Sequence record: PV159336
Reading direction: 5' to 3' (one strand)
Source: Escherichia phage W22
Length of the DNA: 64,000 bases
Shown here one piece after another: positions 47,939 to 56,116 of this stretch; within the stretch, counting starts at the first letter, position 1; every line of letters begins with the position of its first letter. The position numbers and the translations under genes were made by a program. Under the pieces are notes generated by a model. That model worked only from the letters and a program-made list of their open reading frames with translations. It ran no database searches and had not been told where the DNA came from.

Positions 47939-48277
47939 ATGTTTAGTAAAGAAATGAGAGAAGTAATCGCCACTTTGGTAGTTGATCATGGTGTTGAAGT
48001 TGAGCGTCACGTTTGGAACGATGAACCTCCTTTCTTCGATTTGGCATCACGAGCTAAAAGTCATATGCACCTGCTGGAAGACGGTAATGAGTTTGTTCTC
48101 CGTATGCGTTATGATCGAGAGTTTCGAATTCCGCTTGACACTGAACCAGATGGTGTAGTAATGTGGTTGGCAGAACATTTCGCATACGATGCACTACATG
48201 GAAGAAGTTTTGGTAATGAGCGTTGGGATGCCATTTGTCGTAAGCATAATATTGAACCAGAGTACGGAGTTTTATAA
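47939..48277 (+). CDS. hypothetical early protein
   Basis: 112 aa ORF. Confidence 0.45.
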   Translation: MFSKEMREVIATLVVDHGVEVERHVWNDEPPFFDLASRAKSHMHLLEDGNEFVLRMRYDREFRIPLDTEPDGVVMWLAEHFAYDALHGRSFGNERWDAICRKHNIEPEYGVL

Positions 48278-48528
48278 TGTTAAGTATCAAACCTAAAATG
48301 ATAACAGCAGATGAAGCAGACTTTATTTTCAAATGTGGACGTGTATGGAGAGAATTCACAAAAGGGAATGAAGTGGTGGTTGTTGTCGAACACAAGATAT
48401 CTATCCAGGATCTGTTTGGACAATATGTTGATGTTATTAAATTAGGTATTGACAAGGGTTTAGTTGAGGTGTTAACATTAGATCAAGTTGAAGCAGAGCA
48501 CCTCGATAAAGTGGTGGTTGAATTTTAA
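48277..48528 (+). CDS. hypothetical early protein
   Basis: 83 aa ORF, overlapping start/stop. Confidence 0.45.
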   Translation: MLSIKPKMITADEADFIFKCGRVWREFTKGNEVVVVVEHKISIQDLFGQYVDVIKLGIDKGLVEVLTLDQVEAEHLDKVVVEF

Positions 48529-48548
48529 AATACAGACGGGAGAAAGGT

Positions 48549-48722
48549 ATGAGTTTCTTTGTTACAGTATTTATGGCTATCTGGATTGTAGTCTCACTCG
48601 TTCTTTTCCTGGTGGGTTGTCTGGAAGAGATTAAGAAAGCGGTTATTTGCGGTTTCTTTGGCTTTATTATCTCTCCTGCCTGGATGTGGTTCTTCATTAT
48701 GATTGGTTTCCTTAAAAGGTAA
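48549..48722 (+). CDS. small membrane protein (57 aa), absent from ORF track
   Basis: ATG 48549 with GGGAGAAAGG RBS; two hydrophobic segments. Confidence 0.4.
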   Translation: MSFFVTVFMAIWIVVSLVLFLVGCLEEIKKAVICGFFGFIISPAWMWFFIMIGFLKR

Positions 48723-48736
48723 GTGAGGAATAAAGA

Positions 48737-49174
48737 ATGAGTAAAACAAACGCAATCGCAGATAAAGCAACGGATGTACTTCTGAACATGGTTAACGTCA
48801 CTATTCAAACAATGAGTGATGTTGTAGAGTTTGGAAAACAACAAATTCCAGAAGTAATCCATCAATTATTAGTGTGGAAAGCAGTATCCGCAGGTTTATG
48901 GCAACTTTTTAGTATTTGCTTTATGTTTATTACTTTTATTGCTGTGCGGAACCTCGTAAAAGCAATTAAAGATAAAGAATGCCTGTGGTCACGAGATCGC
49001 TATGGTGAAGTATCTGCTTTACCTATTGTTGGTCTTGTTGTCTGTGCTTTCTTTTTCTTTTTAGGATTTGTTATTTTCTTTTCGAATTTTGATTGGCTAA
49101 AAATCATTATTGCACCAAAAGTGTATCTGATTGAATTTGCTGCTGATTTAATTCGTTCATCTCAACAAAAATAA
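48737..49174 (+). CDS. membrane protein
   Basis: 145 aa; GAGGAA RBS; multiple hydrophobic helices. Confidence 0.45.
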   Translation: MSKTNAIADKATDVLLNMVNVTIQTMSDVVEFGKQQIPEVIHQLLVWKAVSAGLWQLFSICFMFITFIAVRNLVKAIKDKECLWSRDRYGEVSALPIVGLVVCAFFFFLGFVIFFSNFDWLKIIIAPKVYLIEFAADLIRSSQQK

Positions 49175-49185
49175 AAGGGGTTAAA

Positions 49186-50313
49186 ATGAAATACACGATT
49201 TATGGTGATATTGTAAGTGTAAATAAAGATATGGGTGTGGAATCTAATTATCTTCCACCTGGATTCTATACTGTTAGTCGTGATCCCCTTGGCAATTATT
49301 TTTTAAGCCGTGGTAATCTAACAGGTGTACCGGATGTTCTGTATGGTGAAACAGAAAAACGAGCAAATCACGTTATCCGTACATTCCATCGCCGGAGTGC
49401 ACAAGGTAAAAATACAGGTTTGCTTCTGACAGGAACTAAGGGCAGTGGTAAAACTATGTTAGCCAAGCTCATTAGTCGTGACCTTGTAGAAGAAGGTATT
49501 CCAACTATTATGGTTACTCAAGCCTACAGTGATGCTAATTTCATTGAACTTATTAGCAAGATCACCGACAAAGCAGTGATTATTTTTGACGAGTTTGATA
49601 AAGTATATGAGAAGAAACAAGATCAAGAAGCACTTCTCACTTTGTTAGATGGTACTGGCAGTGGTAATAAACTGTTTATTCTAACTAAAAACAGTGGCTT
49701 TATCTCTGAATTCTTTCTAAATCGTCCTAGTCGTGTGTTTTATAATTTTAATTATGATAAAATCTCACTAGAAACTATGATTGACTATTTAGATAAAAAC
49801 CTGGATAACAAAGCACACTTTGATAATTTCCAAAGACTTTGGGATGTAAGTTTAGAGTTGTCCTTTGATGTGATCCAAGGTATAGTAGAAGAACTTAATT
49901 TCTACCCTGATTTATCCTTTAAAGAATGCATCTCTATGATGGGCGTTTCTTTGGGTGGTGGTAATAAATGGGATATCAGCAGTGTTGTTATTAATGGAAA
50001 ACTTCAGAAAGTTAGCTGGGTATCTAGTTGGCATAACTTCACACCTGCAATCTTTTTAGGTGGTTCGTGCACACTAGACGTGTACTTGTCATCTCCAAGT
50101 GATGCAGATTCTAAAGAAGCCCTTGCTAATAGCTCTTACGTGGTTTTTGATGATGAAGGCGATGCTCGAATTCCATTGAATGCGACAAAAATGAAAGCAG
50201 ATCTTATTACAGGCGGTAAAATCGTTGTGTTTAGTGATGATCCAGAAGATTCTTTCCGTATTGTTCTGGAACCAACTATCACCAATGGTGCAACTTTGGC
50301 AAGTGTGTTTTAA
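49186..50313 (+). CDS. P-loop NTPase (AAA-type ATPase), paralogue 2
   Basis: Walker A GTKGSGKT, Walker B IIFDEFDK; co-linear similarity to 32223-33383 (LLTLLDG, LFILTKN, NRPSRVFYNF). Confidence 0.6.
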   Translation: MKYTIYGDIVSVNKDMGVESNYLPPGFYTVSRDPLGNYFLSRGNLTGVPDVLYGETEKRANHVIRTFHRRSAQGKNTGLLLTGTKGSGKTMLAKLISRDLVEEGIPTIMVTQAYSDANFIELISKITDKAVIIFDEFDKVYEKKQDQEALLTLLDGTGSGNKLFILTKNSGFISEFFLNRPSRVFYNFNYDKISLETMIDYLDKNLDNKAHFDNFQRLWDVSLELSFDVIQGIVEELNFYPDLSFKECISMMGVSLGGGNKWDISSVVINGKLQKVSWVSSWHNFTPAIFLGGSCTLDVYLSSPSDADSKEALANSSYVVFDDEGDARIPLNATKMKADLITGGKIVVFSDDPEDSFRIVLEPTITNGATLASVF

Positions 50314-50327
50314 GTAAGCCAGTAAAT

Positions 50328-50354
50328 AAAAACCCGCTTCGGCGGGTTTTCTTG
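50328..50354 (+). terminator. rho-independent terminator
   Basis: AAAACCCGC-TTCG-GCGGGTTTT hairpin then CTTG. Confidence 0.7.
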
Positions 50355-50387
50355 TATTGATGCCAGATTTAATAAAAGGAGTAGTAG

Positions 50388-51365
50388 ATGGTAGCACCAA
50401 AATCATGGGAACAATATAAAGAAGAGTGTCAACCAATAGCAGAGAGTAAGCAAATCCAAATCTTAGGATGGACGGGACAATGGAAAGGGGGCCACACAAA
50501 ACTTGATTTGTTGTGCCATTGTGGTTATAAATGGGATACTACAAGTATTAACAGTTTTAAATGTGGTAGCGGTTGTCCACAATGTAAGAGGGAGAAACAA
50601 ACAATGTCCGACGATCAACATATTGCAGGTTTCTTTTCTACAGGGAAATTTAAGGAAGGCACTATCTTCACTAACACAGGAACACGGGGTAAAGGATGTA
50701 GGCATATTACCTGGATGGTTGAATGTCCTGTTTGCTCTCATGATGAATATGTTCAAGCAGGTGTTTGTGATGGTAAATTTTACTCTAAAGGACATCGCCT
50801 TAAACAAGGGTATATTCCGTGTCGTTGTGGGAACTATCAGTATACAGAAGACCAGATCACCTATAGGGTAAAAAAGGAAGTAGAAGGGAAAGGGTATGTC
50901 TGGGTAGATTGGATTACCAAACCCTCTTCTATAGGTAAGTTTAAATATCTTTGTCTTGTGCATGGTGAGCAGATAGGGAGTGCTCGTAATTTATTAAGCC
51001 TCGGTCAAGGTTGTCCACAGTGTGCTGGTCATAATCAACAGCAATTATATATTAATATTGTTAAAGATAATGATATTATAGTTGCTCTTAAGTTTGGTAT
51101 ATCTAAAGATAGTGATAGACGATTAAACGGTCAAAATAGCCGTAATCTGTTTTTTATGGAGCGTATTTGTTTATATGATTTTAGCACAGTGAAACAATGT
51201 AAGGCTGCTGAAAGAGCTATAAAGAAAAAATTAAAAACTGGTATTTTAACGGAAAGAGAGTTGAAAGACGGTTATACAGAAACAGTAAGTGTTTCTGATT
51301 TGGAAAATCTTCAAAAAATTATTACACAATATGGTGGCAAATTAGTATACAGTAAGGAGATGTAA
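50388..51365 (+). CDS. zinc-ribbon-rich protein with C-terminal T5orf172 (GIY-YIG-like) domain
   Basis: AAAGGAG RBS; repeated CxxC modules (CGSGCPQC, CPVCSH, CRCGNYQY, GCPQCAGH); C-terminal LKFGISKDSDRRLNGQNSRN. Confidence 0.4.
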   Translation: MVAPKSWEQYKEECQPIAESKQIQILGWTGQWKGGHTKLDLLCHCGYKWDTTSINSFKCGSGCPQCKREKQTMSDDQHIAGFFSTGKFKEGTIFTNTGTRGKGCRHITWMVECPVCSHDEYVQAGVCDGKFYSKGHRLKQGYIPCRCGNYQYTEDQITYRVKKEVEGKGYVWVDWITKPSSIGKFKYLCLVHGEQIGSARNLLSLGQGCPQCAGHNQQQLYINIVKDNDIIVALKFGISKDSDRRLNGQNSRNLFFMERICLYDFSTVKQCKAAERAIKKKLKTGILTERELKDGYTETVSVSDLENLQKIITQYGGKLVYSKEM

Positions 51366-51917
51366 ATGCGGATTACTGATAAGTATGTGTTCTTCTTCTC
51401 GGCAAAAGATGAATTTAGCAACTGGTATCTATCATCTTTTATTGAACCTTTAGCTCCCAAGTATAATAATTCTATTACAAGTTCTGTTGAATTTACTTGT
51501 GTGGAACAATATATGATGTGGAGAAAAGCATGTTTGTTTTATGATTACAGTATTGCATCTTCTATTTTAACCGGAGATCTAAGATATACAGGAGAAAAAG
51601 AACAAGCATATTATAAACGACTAGGCAGACTAGTTAAAGATTATGATGAAGATACCTGGACTTCTTTACGGGAGAAGATTGTCAAACGTGGTTTGTATCT
51701 TAAATACACACAAAATGAAGATCTCAAAAATAAACTTATAGCCTACGCAGATAAGGAGTTCGTAGAGGCAAGCCCTTATGATTCTATTTATGGTATCAAA
51801 ATGGGGATGTGGGATCGTGATGTGGAAAATAAGGACTGTTGGAAAGGACAAAATCTTTTAGGAAAATGGCATACAGACCTTGCTGTTTATCTAAAAGCAC
51901 AATCTGATATTTCCTGA
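51366..51917 (+). CDS. NADAR-domain protein (YbiA-like N-glycosidase / ADP-ribosyl-processing family)
   Basis: AGGAGA RBS; VFFFSAKDEFSNWY, CVEQYMMWRKACLF, EFVEASPYDSIYGIKMG, GQNLLGKW blocks. Confidence 0.7.
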   Translation: MRITDKYVFFFSAKDEFSNWYLSSFIEPLAPKYNNSITSSVEFTCVEQYMMWRKACLFYDYSIASSILTGDLRYTGEKEQAYYKRLGRLVKDYDEDTWTSLREKIVKRGLYLKYTQNEDLKNKLIAYADKEFVEASPYDSIYGIKMGMWDRDVENKDCWKGQNLLGKWHTDLAVYLKAQSDIS

Positions 51918-52132
51918 TATTTTGAAAATTTTTATTTTTATAAAAAGGGGTGTGGGTTTCATGTACAGAAATTCACCCTCTGCACAGTATATCCAGAGTA
52001 AATATTATTCTGTACTCTGTTAATAAAGTATTTAATTTGTTTGTTGGATTATGGTATCTGATCTTTAAAAGGCATACTATCTCTTAACTACTACTTATAA
52101 CAGAACAGTAAAATCATTTTTATAAAAAGGAC

Positions 52133-52340
52133 AAAATTATTTAAAGTTTTTACAGATTTTTGGGTACAAATTTTGAAAATGAAAAGTTCAAGTTTGGTCA
52201 AAATTATTTAAAGTTTTTGTACGTATTTCTATCCAGATTTTGAAAATGAAAACTTCAATTTTTTAAAAATTCCCCAGTTTATTTAAAGTTTTTTTGCCTT
52301 TTTCCGTAGAAAAATCAAAAATGAAAAGTTCAATTTCGTG
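52133..52340. repeat. three tandem AT-rich direct repeats (about 67-77 bp units)
   Basis: Each unit has ATTTAAAGTTTTT (52139, 52206, 52281) and TGAAAATGAAAA(G/C)TTCAA (52174, 52241, 52316). Confidence 0.7.
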
Positions 52341-52359
52341 TTTTTATGGGTATGCGTAT

Positions 52360-52470
52360 GATAATCATTCTCATTTGTAAATGAGAATCATTATCATTTA
52401 ATTATGTAAATGATAAGCATTCTCACTAAGAGAATGAGAATCATTAGCAAATGAGAATTTTTCTCATTTA
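52360..52470. promoter_or_regulatory. palindromic operator-like array built on TGAGAAT/ATTCTCA
   Basis: Three inverted repeats: 52360-52395 (17-bp arms), 52418-52436, 52449-52469; at least 7 copies of the 7-mer in 110 bp. Confidence 0.6.
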
Positions 52471-52730
52471 CAGAATAACGCGCAGGGGCGGTGTTTGTCT
52501 CGCGCTCCCGTGTCCCCTCGCCATACAATAAGAATAGCATAACCAACAACAAAAGCAAGCGATTATTTTTATCTTTACATTTCTTTACAAATTTATTTTG
52601 GACGAGCTACCGGCGATCAACCTTCCAACCAGTGCCCCCTGGTATGTTAGCCCCGCCTTTACGCCGTGGGGGTGGCGTTTCCTCTTCTGTATGTAAAACA
52701 GTATAAGCCCGATCCCTGGGCTTGTCAAGA

Positions 52731-52997
52731 TTATTTTTTGTTTTCTTGCCAGGATAGGACACCTAACCAAAAATACATGTCGCCCCGCGCCCCTGGCGGG
52801 ATCTTGCTTTCCCCGCCGCCACTGCAAGCCCATAAATAACCATCAGCGAACGGATCAAAGTGATCTATCTCTTCCACCTTATGATCGCCCAGGTTGAGAA
52901 CGGTTTCAACCTTTAAGCCCGTTGCGCTTGCTACCTGGTGCACCGTGCCGCCTTGCCAGCCCAATGAGTGCATGAGATGTAAAGGAGTATTTGTCAT
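52731..52997 (-). CDS. hypothetical protein encoded in GC-rich island
   Basis: 88 aa ORF with AAGGG RBS; local GC content far above surrounding phage DNA. Confidence 0.3.
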   Translation of the reverse strand: MTNTPLHLMHSLGWQGGTVHQVASATGLKVETVLNLGDHKVEEIDHFDPFADGYLWACSGGGESKIPPGARGDMYFWLGVLSWQENKK

Positions 52998-53108
52998 GGT
53001 ATCGCCCTTTCTTTGATGTGCGCCCTGGTTGGCGCGGTAGAAAGATAATAGCCGTTTCCTTTATAGATAGCAAGCAAAAAAGAAATGAAAAAAAGATTAA
53101 AAAAATGG

Positions 53109-53170
53109 TTGACGTTCCTCACCTGGTAGCGTAGTATTCATCTTGTCGAGGGGCGGCAATAGTGCCGCTC
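53109..53170 (+). promoter_or_regulatory. sigma70-like promoter plus 5'-UTR hairpin cassette
   Basis: TTGACG 53109-14, 17 nt, TAGTAT 53132-37; hairpin GCGGCA-ATAG-TGCCGC 53153-68. Confidence 0.6.
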
Positions 53171-53192
53171 ATAACAGAAGAGAGAAATAATC

Positions 53193-53465
53193 ATGGCATC
53201 ATATAGCGCATCAATGATCGTAAAGGGTATCACTGGTAAACCTATGCGCGGTGGCGGATCTTTCGCTAACATCAATATTGATGGACGTTTATCCCTGGAC
53301 GCAGCGATCACAGTGGCACGGGAAACGTTTAAAAAAGAATGTAATTTCAATAAACAAGATTATCTCGGTTTCGCTATTGAAAAAACCGCGCGATTTGTGG
53401 ATTATAAAAGCCCGAAAATGATCGACACTACACTAAAAGCGCAAGATGTAGCGTTTTTGCTTTAA
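53193..53465 (+). CDS. hypothetical early protein
   Basis: 90 aa ORF downstream of promoter-hairpin cassette. Confidence 0.5.
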   Translation: MASYSASMIVKGITGKPMRGGGSFANINIDGRLSLDAAITVARETFKKECNFNKQDYLGFAIEKTARFVDYKSPKMIDTTLKAQDVAFLL

Positions 53466-53468
53466 GTC

Positions 53469-53528
53469 TTGACACTGAAAAATAATTTGGTAATATATAC
53501 TCCATAAGGCGGGAAATGGTTTCCCGCC
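53469..53528 (+). promoter_or_regulatory. sigma70-like promoter plus 5'-UTR hairpin cassette
   Basis: TTGACA 53469-74, TAATAT about 53491-96; hairpin GGCGGGAAA-TGG-TTTCCCGCC 53508-28. Confidence 0.65.
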
Positions 53529-53550
53529 AAAACAAAGAAAGGGTAACACA

Positions 53551-53913
53551 ATGAGCAAGCAAATCAATACTATCATGTTAAACCTGGTATCTTTCCGCGA
53601 TGACGTGAAAAACCTTTCGCGTGATGCAGTGGATGCACGGATCGAAAGCTATCGCACACAGATCGCAACGTTACCGCTGAAACGTGATCAACATGCCGCT
53701 AATATGATGCTTGATGCTATGATTAAAAAGATGATTCAATGTGATCTTACCCTGGCTTATGAATATGCTGGCGATCTCTTTGTAACATATAGCAAGCCCG
53801 TTCCAGGTATGAGCACCACGGAAGAATTGCATGCCTTAAATCTGCGACAAGATGCATGGGATAACATGCGCCGTGTTATGGTATGGGTAGAAAGCGGTAA
53901 AATTTACGAATAA
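53551..53913 (+). CDS. hypothetical early protein
   Basis: 120 aa ORF after cassette. Confidence 0.5.
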   Translation: MSKQINTIMLNLVSFRDDVKNLSRDAVDARIESYRTQIATLPLKRDQHAANMMLDAMIKKMIQCDLTLAYEYAGDLFVTYSKPVPGMSTTEELHALNLRQDAWDNMRRVMVWVESGKIYE

Positions 53914-53919
53914 AAACGG

Positions 53920-53973
53920 TTGACATTGCACTAAAACCTGATAAGCTATCTTAAAGCGGGAATAGTTCCCGCT
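53920..53973 (+). promoter_or_regulatory. promoter-like -35 plus 5'-UTR hairpin cassette
   Basis: TTGACA 53920-25 with weak -10; hairpin AGCGGGAA-TAG-TTCCCGCT 53955-73. Confidence 0.5.
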
Positions 53974-53991
53974 TACATAGGATAAAACTTT

Positions 53992-54138
53992 ATGAAACAA
54001 TATGTAATGAGTATTCATACCAAAAACGGCGCTACTGTTACGACTCCGGCACGGTTTGCACTTGTAAACCGTTGCAAGAGACTAAAACGAGAGCTAAAAA
54101 ATAACCGTGCAACGGGCTTTAAACGCTGGGGAGGATAA
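53992..54138 (+). CDS. small basic protein (48 aa), absent from ORF track
   Basis: ATG 53992 after hairpin; K/R-rich; stop TAA 54136-38. Confidence 0.4.
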   Translation: MKQYVMSIHTKNGATVTTPARFALVNRCKRLKRELKNNRATGFKRWGG

Positions 54139-54140
54139 TC

Positions 54141-54401
54141 TTGTTTTTTCTAAAAGTTTTTGATAATGTGATCGCTTTTGAACATGCTACAACGTTCGAC
54201 CTGGCGAGATACGCTATCAGGTTTAAAGATAATGTTTATCCCCGTGCTGGCGGCGGTTACACTATTTTTAATCATCGCAACGCGCAACTGACTGATGTAA
54301 CTAATCCAGATCCTGGAGTGTATCGGATAGGCTGGCTACCGTCAAAAGACGCTGCAAGCATGTTTAAGGTATGTAAACTACTAACAGAAGAGGCGAACTA
54401 G
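54141..54401 (+). CDS. hypothetical early protein
   Basis: TTG start with GGGAGG RBS (GTG alternative at 54168); 86 aa. Confidence 0.4.
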   Translation: MFFLKVFDNVIAFEHATTFDLARYAIRFKDNVYPRAGGGYTIFNHRNAQLTDVTNPDPGVYRIGWLPSKDAASMFKVCKLLTEEAN

Positions 54402-54402
54402 C

Positions 54403-54957
54403 ATGGGGCGTGAATATGTGATCCAGTCCTGGGTAAAGCATGACGCAAATGATCCGCGCATAATACCAGATGACATGATCGATCACATGGTAGGGTATAG
54501 CGGGGAGCAGATAGGAAATCGAGCGGCAAAGAGCAACGGCAACACCAGGACGAGATCCGTTCGCCCTGGATGGCTGGCGAATGGTAACGCTGACATTGCA
54601 AGCGCCGCAGATCCAAGCGATGACGCTAAAAATAATCCCTTATACAGCATTGATCCGGCTTTTAAGGTGTTGGAAGAGTATCCCGCTAAATTAGCCGCAC
54701 TAGACAAGGCATACGAAGAAAAGCGCATGGCCTGGACTGTATACAACACCGCTAAAATGGTGCTAGATGCAAAACTAATTAAAGCCCAGGAGAAGATCAA
54801 TAAACTTGTTACCATAGCACAAGAGGAAGACCAGGGCGACCAGGAGGAAGAGGAAGAAATCATGCCTACCTTGGAAGAGGAAGAGATCCAGCCATACATG
54901 CCGACGGAAGAGGAAAAAAGACAAGCCTTAAAAAATTATGAAAATTGCATTGTGTAA
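54403..54957 (+). CDS. hypothetical early protein with acidic C-terminal tail
   Basis: 184 aa; start overlaps upstream stop (TAGCATG); C-terminus EEDQGDQEEEEE. Confidence 0.5.
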   Translation: MGREYVIQSWVKHDANDPRIIPDDMIDHMVGYSGEQIGNRAAKSNGNTRTRSVRPGWLANGNADIASAADPSDDAKNNPLYSIDPAFKVLEEYPAKLAALDKAYEEKRMAWTVYNTAKMVLDAKLIKAQEKINKLVTIAQEEDQGDQEEEEEIMPTLEEEEIQPYMPTEEEKRQALKNYENCIV

Positions 54958-54960
54958 GGC

Positions 54961-55016
54961 TTGACATATGCAAACAAGCACCGTAATATATACCACATAG
55001 AACGGGGCAACGCCCC
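54961..55016 (+). promoter_or_regulatory. sigma70-like promoter plus 5'-UTR hairpin cassette
   Basis: TTGACA 54961-66, 17 nt, TAATAT 54984-89; hairpin GGGGC-AAC-GCCCC 55004-16. Confidence 0.6.
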
Positions 55017-55038
55017 ATAAAGTGAAATAAAAAATCAC

Positions 55039-55066
55039 TTGACACCTGAAATCAGTAAGCTATAAT
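55039..55066 (+). promoter_or_regulatory. sigma70-like promoter (tandem, no hairpin)
   Basis: TTGACA 55039-44, 16 nt, TATAAT 55061-66. Confidence 0.65.
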
Positions 55067-55103
55067 GCTTATATAAATTAAAGCGTTACTAAGGAATAAA
55101 ATC

Positions 55104-55469
55104 ATGGCTAAAAATATCAATGTTTCTGCTTATGCTACCCTGGCTAACACTGCTAAAATTGAACTGTCCAGCATTGAAGCGGTACATATTAGCGCCCGTC
55201 GCTGGTTTCAAAAGTCTTATGGTAATACTTATTTCTCTTTGATGGTTGACGTTGAGATCGGCGGTAAACTGATTGAAGTCGTTAACGTTCCGTTTCAATA
55301 TGGCTATGGGGATCATTTTGATACCGTTGCCCTAGAAGAGTTTAGCAAGGTTATCAACCTGGAAGGTAAAGAGTTTTCAAATTATGCTTACCTTTCCCGT
55401 TTTTGCCGTGACAATGGGATCGCTGTATACAGTCATGCAAGCGATGTAAAACGTAAAAAAGATTTATAA
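55104..55469 (+). CDS. hypothetical early protein
   Basis: 121 aa ORF with AAGGAA RBS. Confidence 0.5.
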   Translation: MAKNINVSAYATLANTAKIELSSIEAVHISARRWFQKSYGNTYFSLMVDVEIGGKLIEVVNVPFQYGYGDHFDTVALEEFSKVINLEGKEFSNYAYLSRFCRDNGIAVYSHASDVKRKKDL

Positions 55470-55475
55470 AAAGCA

Positions 55476-55533
55476 TTGACAGCACGAATAAAAAGCATAT
55501 AATACTTATATCGAGAGCGGGAATAGTTCCCGC
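55476..55533 (+). promoter_or_regulatory. sigma70-like promoter plus 5'-UTR hairpin cassette
   Basis: TTGACA 55476-81, 16 nt, TATAAT 55498-55503; hairpin GCGGGAA-TAG-TTCCCGC 55517-33. Confidence 0.7.
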
Positions 55534-55557
55534 CTCACTGAAAAAGAGATTAACATC

Positions 55558-55797
55558 ATGGCTAAATCTAAAATGTACAACGGTCACAAAAATAAAACTC
55601 ATTGGAATGTAAGCCTTTGGATTAATAACGATCCAGGTTTTTATAATATGGCAAAAGAATTTATAGCCGTGAACAACAATAAAGATAACGCCGCGCGTGA
55701 AATGATGTCACTACTTAACGAAATGGGCCAAAATACTACGCCAGATGGCTATAAATTCAGTAAAACCAGTATCCGCGCCGCTATGGTAGGAATGTAA
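55558..55797 (+). CDS. hypothetical early protein
   Basis: 79 aa ORF. Confidence 0.5.
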   Translation: MAKSKMYNGHKNKTHWNVSLWINNDPGFYNMAKEFIAVNNNKDNAAREMMSLLNEMGQNTTPDGYKFSKTSIRAAMVGM

Positions 55798-55806
55798 TAA
55801 AAGCAG

Positions 55807-55866
55807 TTGACAACGTTTTTTAATCTGGTATAGTTTATCACATAGGGCGGGAAATGGTTTCCCGCC
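55807..55866 (+). promoter_or_regulatory. sigma70-like promoter plus 5'-UTR hairpin cassette
   Basis: TTGACA 55807-12, 16 nt, TATAGT 55829-34; hairpin GGCGGGAAA-TGG-TTTCCCGCC 55846-66. Confidence 0.65.
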
Positions 55867-55888
55867 AAATGAAAGAAAGGTTATCATT

Positions 55889-56116
55889 ATGGCTATCGTT
55901 ATTGTTCGCGTATCCGGCACGGTTGGAATCTCCCAGGTAGTAGCAGTTATCACCGAGAAGAAAGGGGATGATCTTCACTCCTCCTTGAATAGCTGGGCGG
56001 TCGCTAACTTTGGGCAATGGTCGAGCGTTGAGTACATCGAATCCTACCAGGTGCCAACGATTAGCCTGACCGATCTCAATGTTGATCGTCTGTTATGCCT
56101 GGATGAATTAATCTGA
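55889..56116 (+). CDS. hypothetical early protein
   Basis: 75 aa ORF. Confidence 0.5.
   Translation: MAIVIVRVSGTVGISQVVAVITEKKGDDLHSSLNSWAVANFGQWSSVEYIESYQVPTISLTDLNVDRLLCLDELI

Noticed and set aside
52491-52833. Track ORFs 52491-52706 (+) and 52585-52833 (-) in the GC-rich island
   Set aside because: No ribosome-binding site, GTG start, and low-complexity Pro/Arg/Gly-rich translation typical of spurious ORFs in GC-rich DNA; mutually overlapping.
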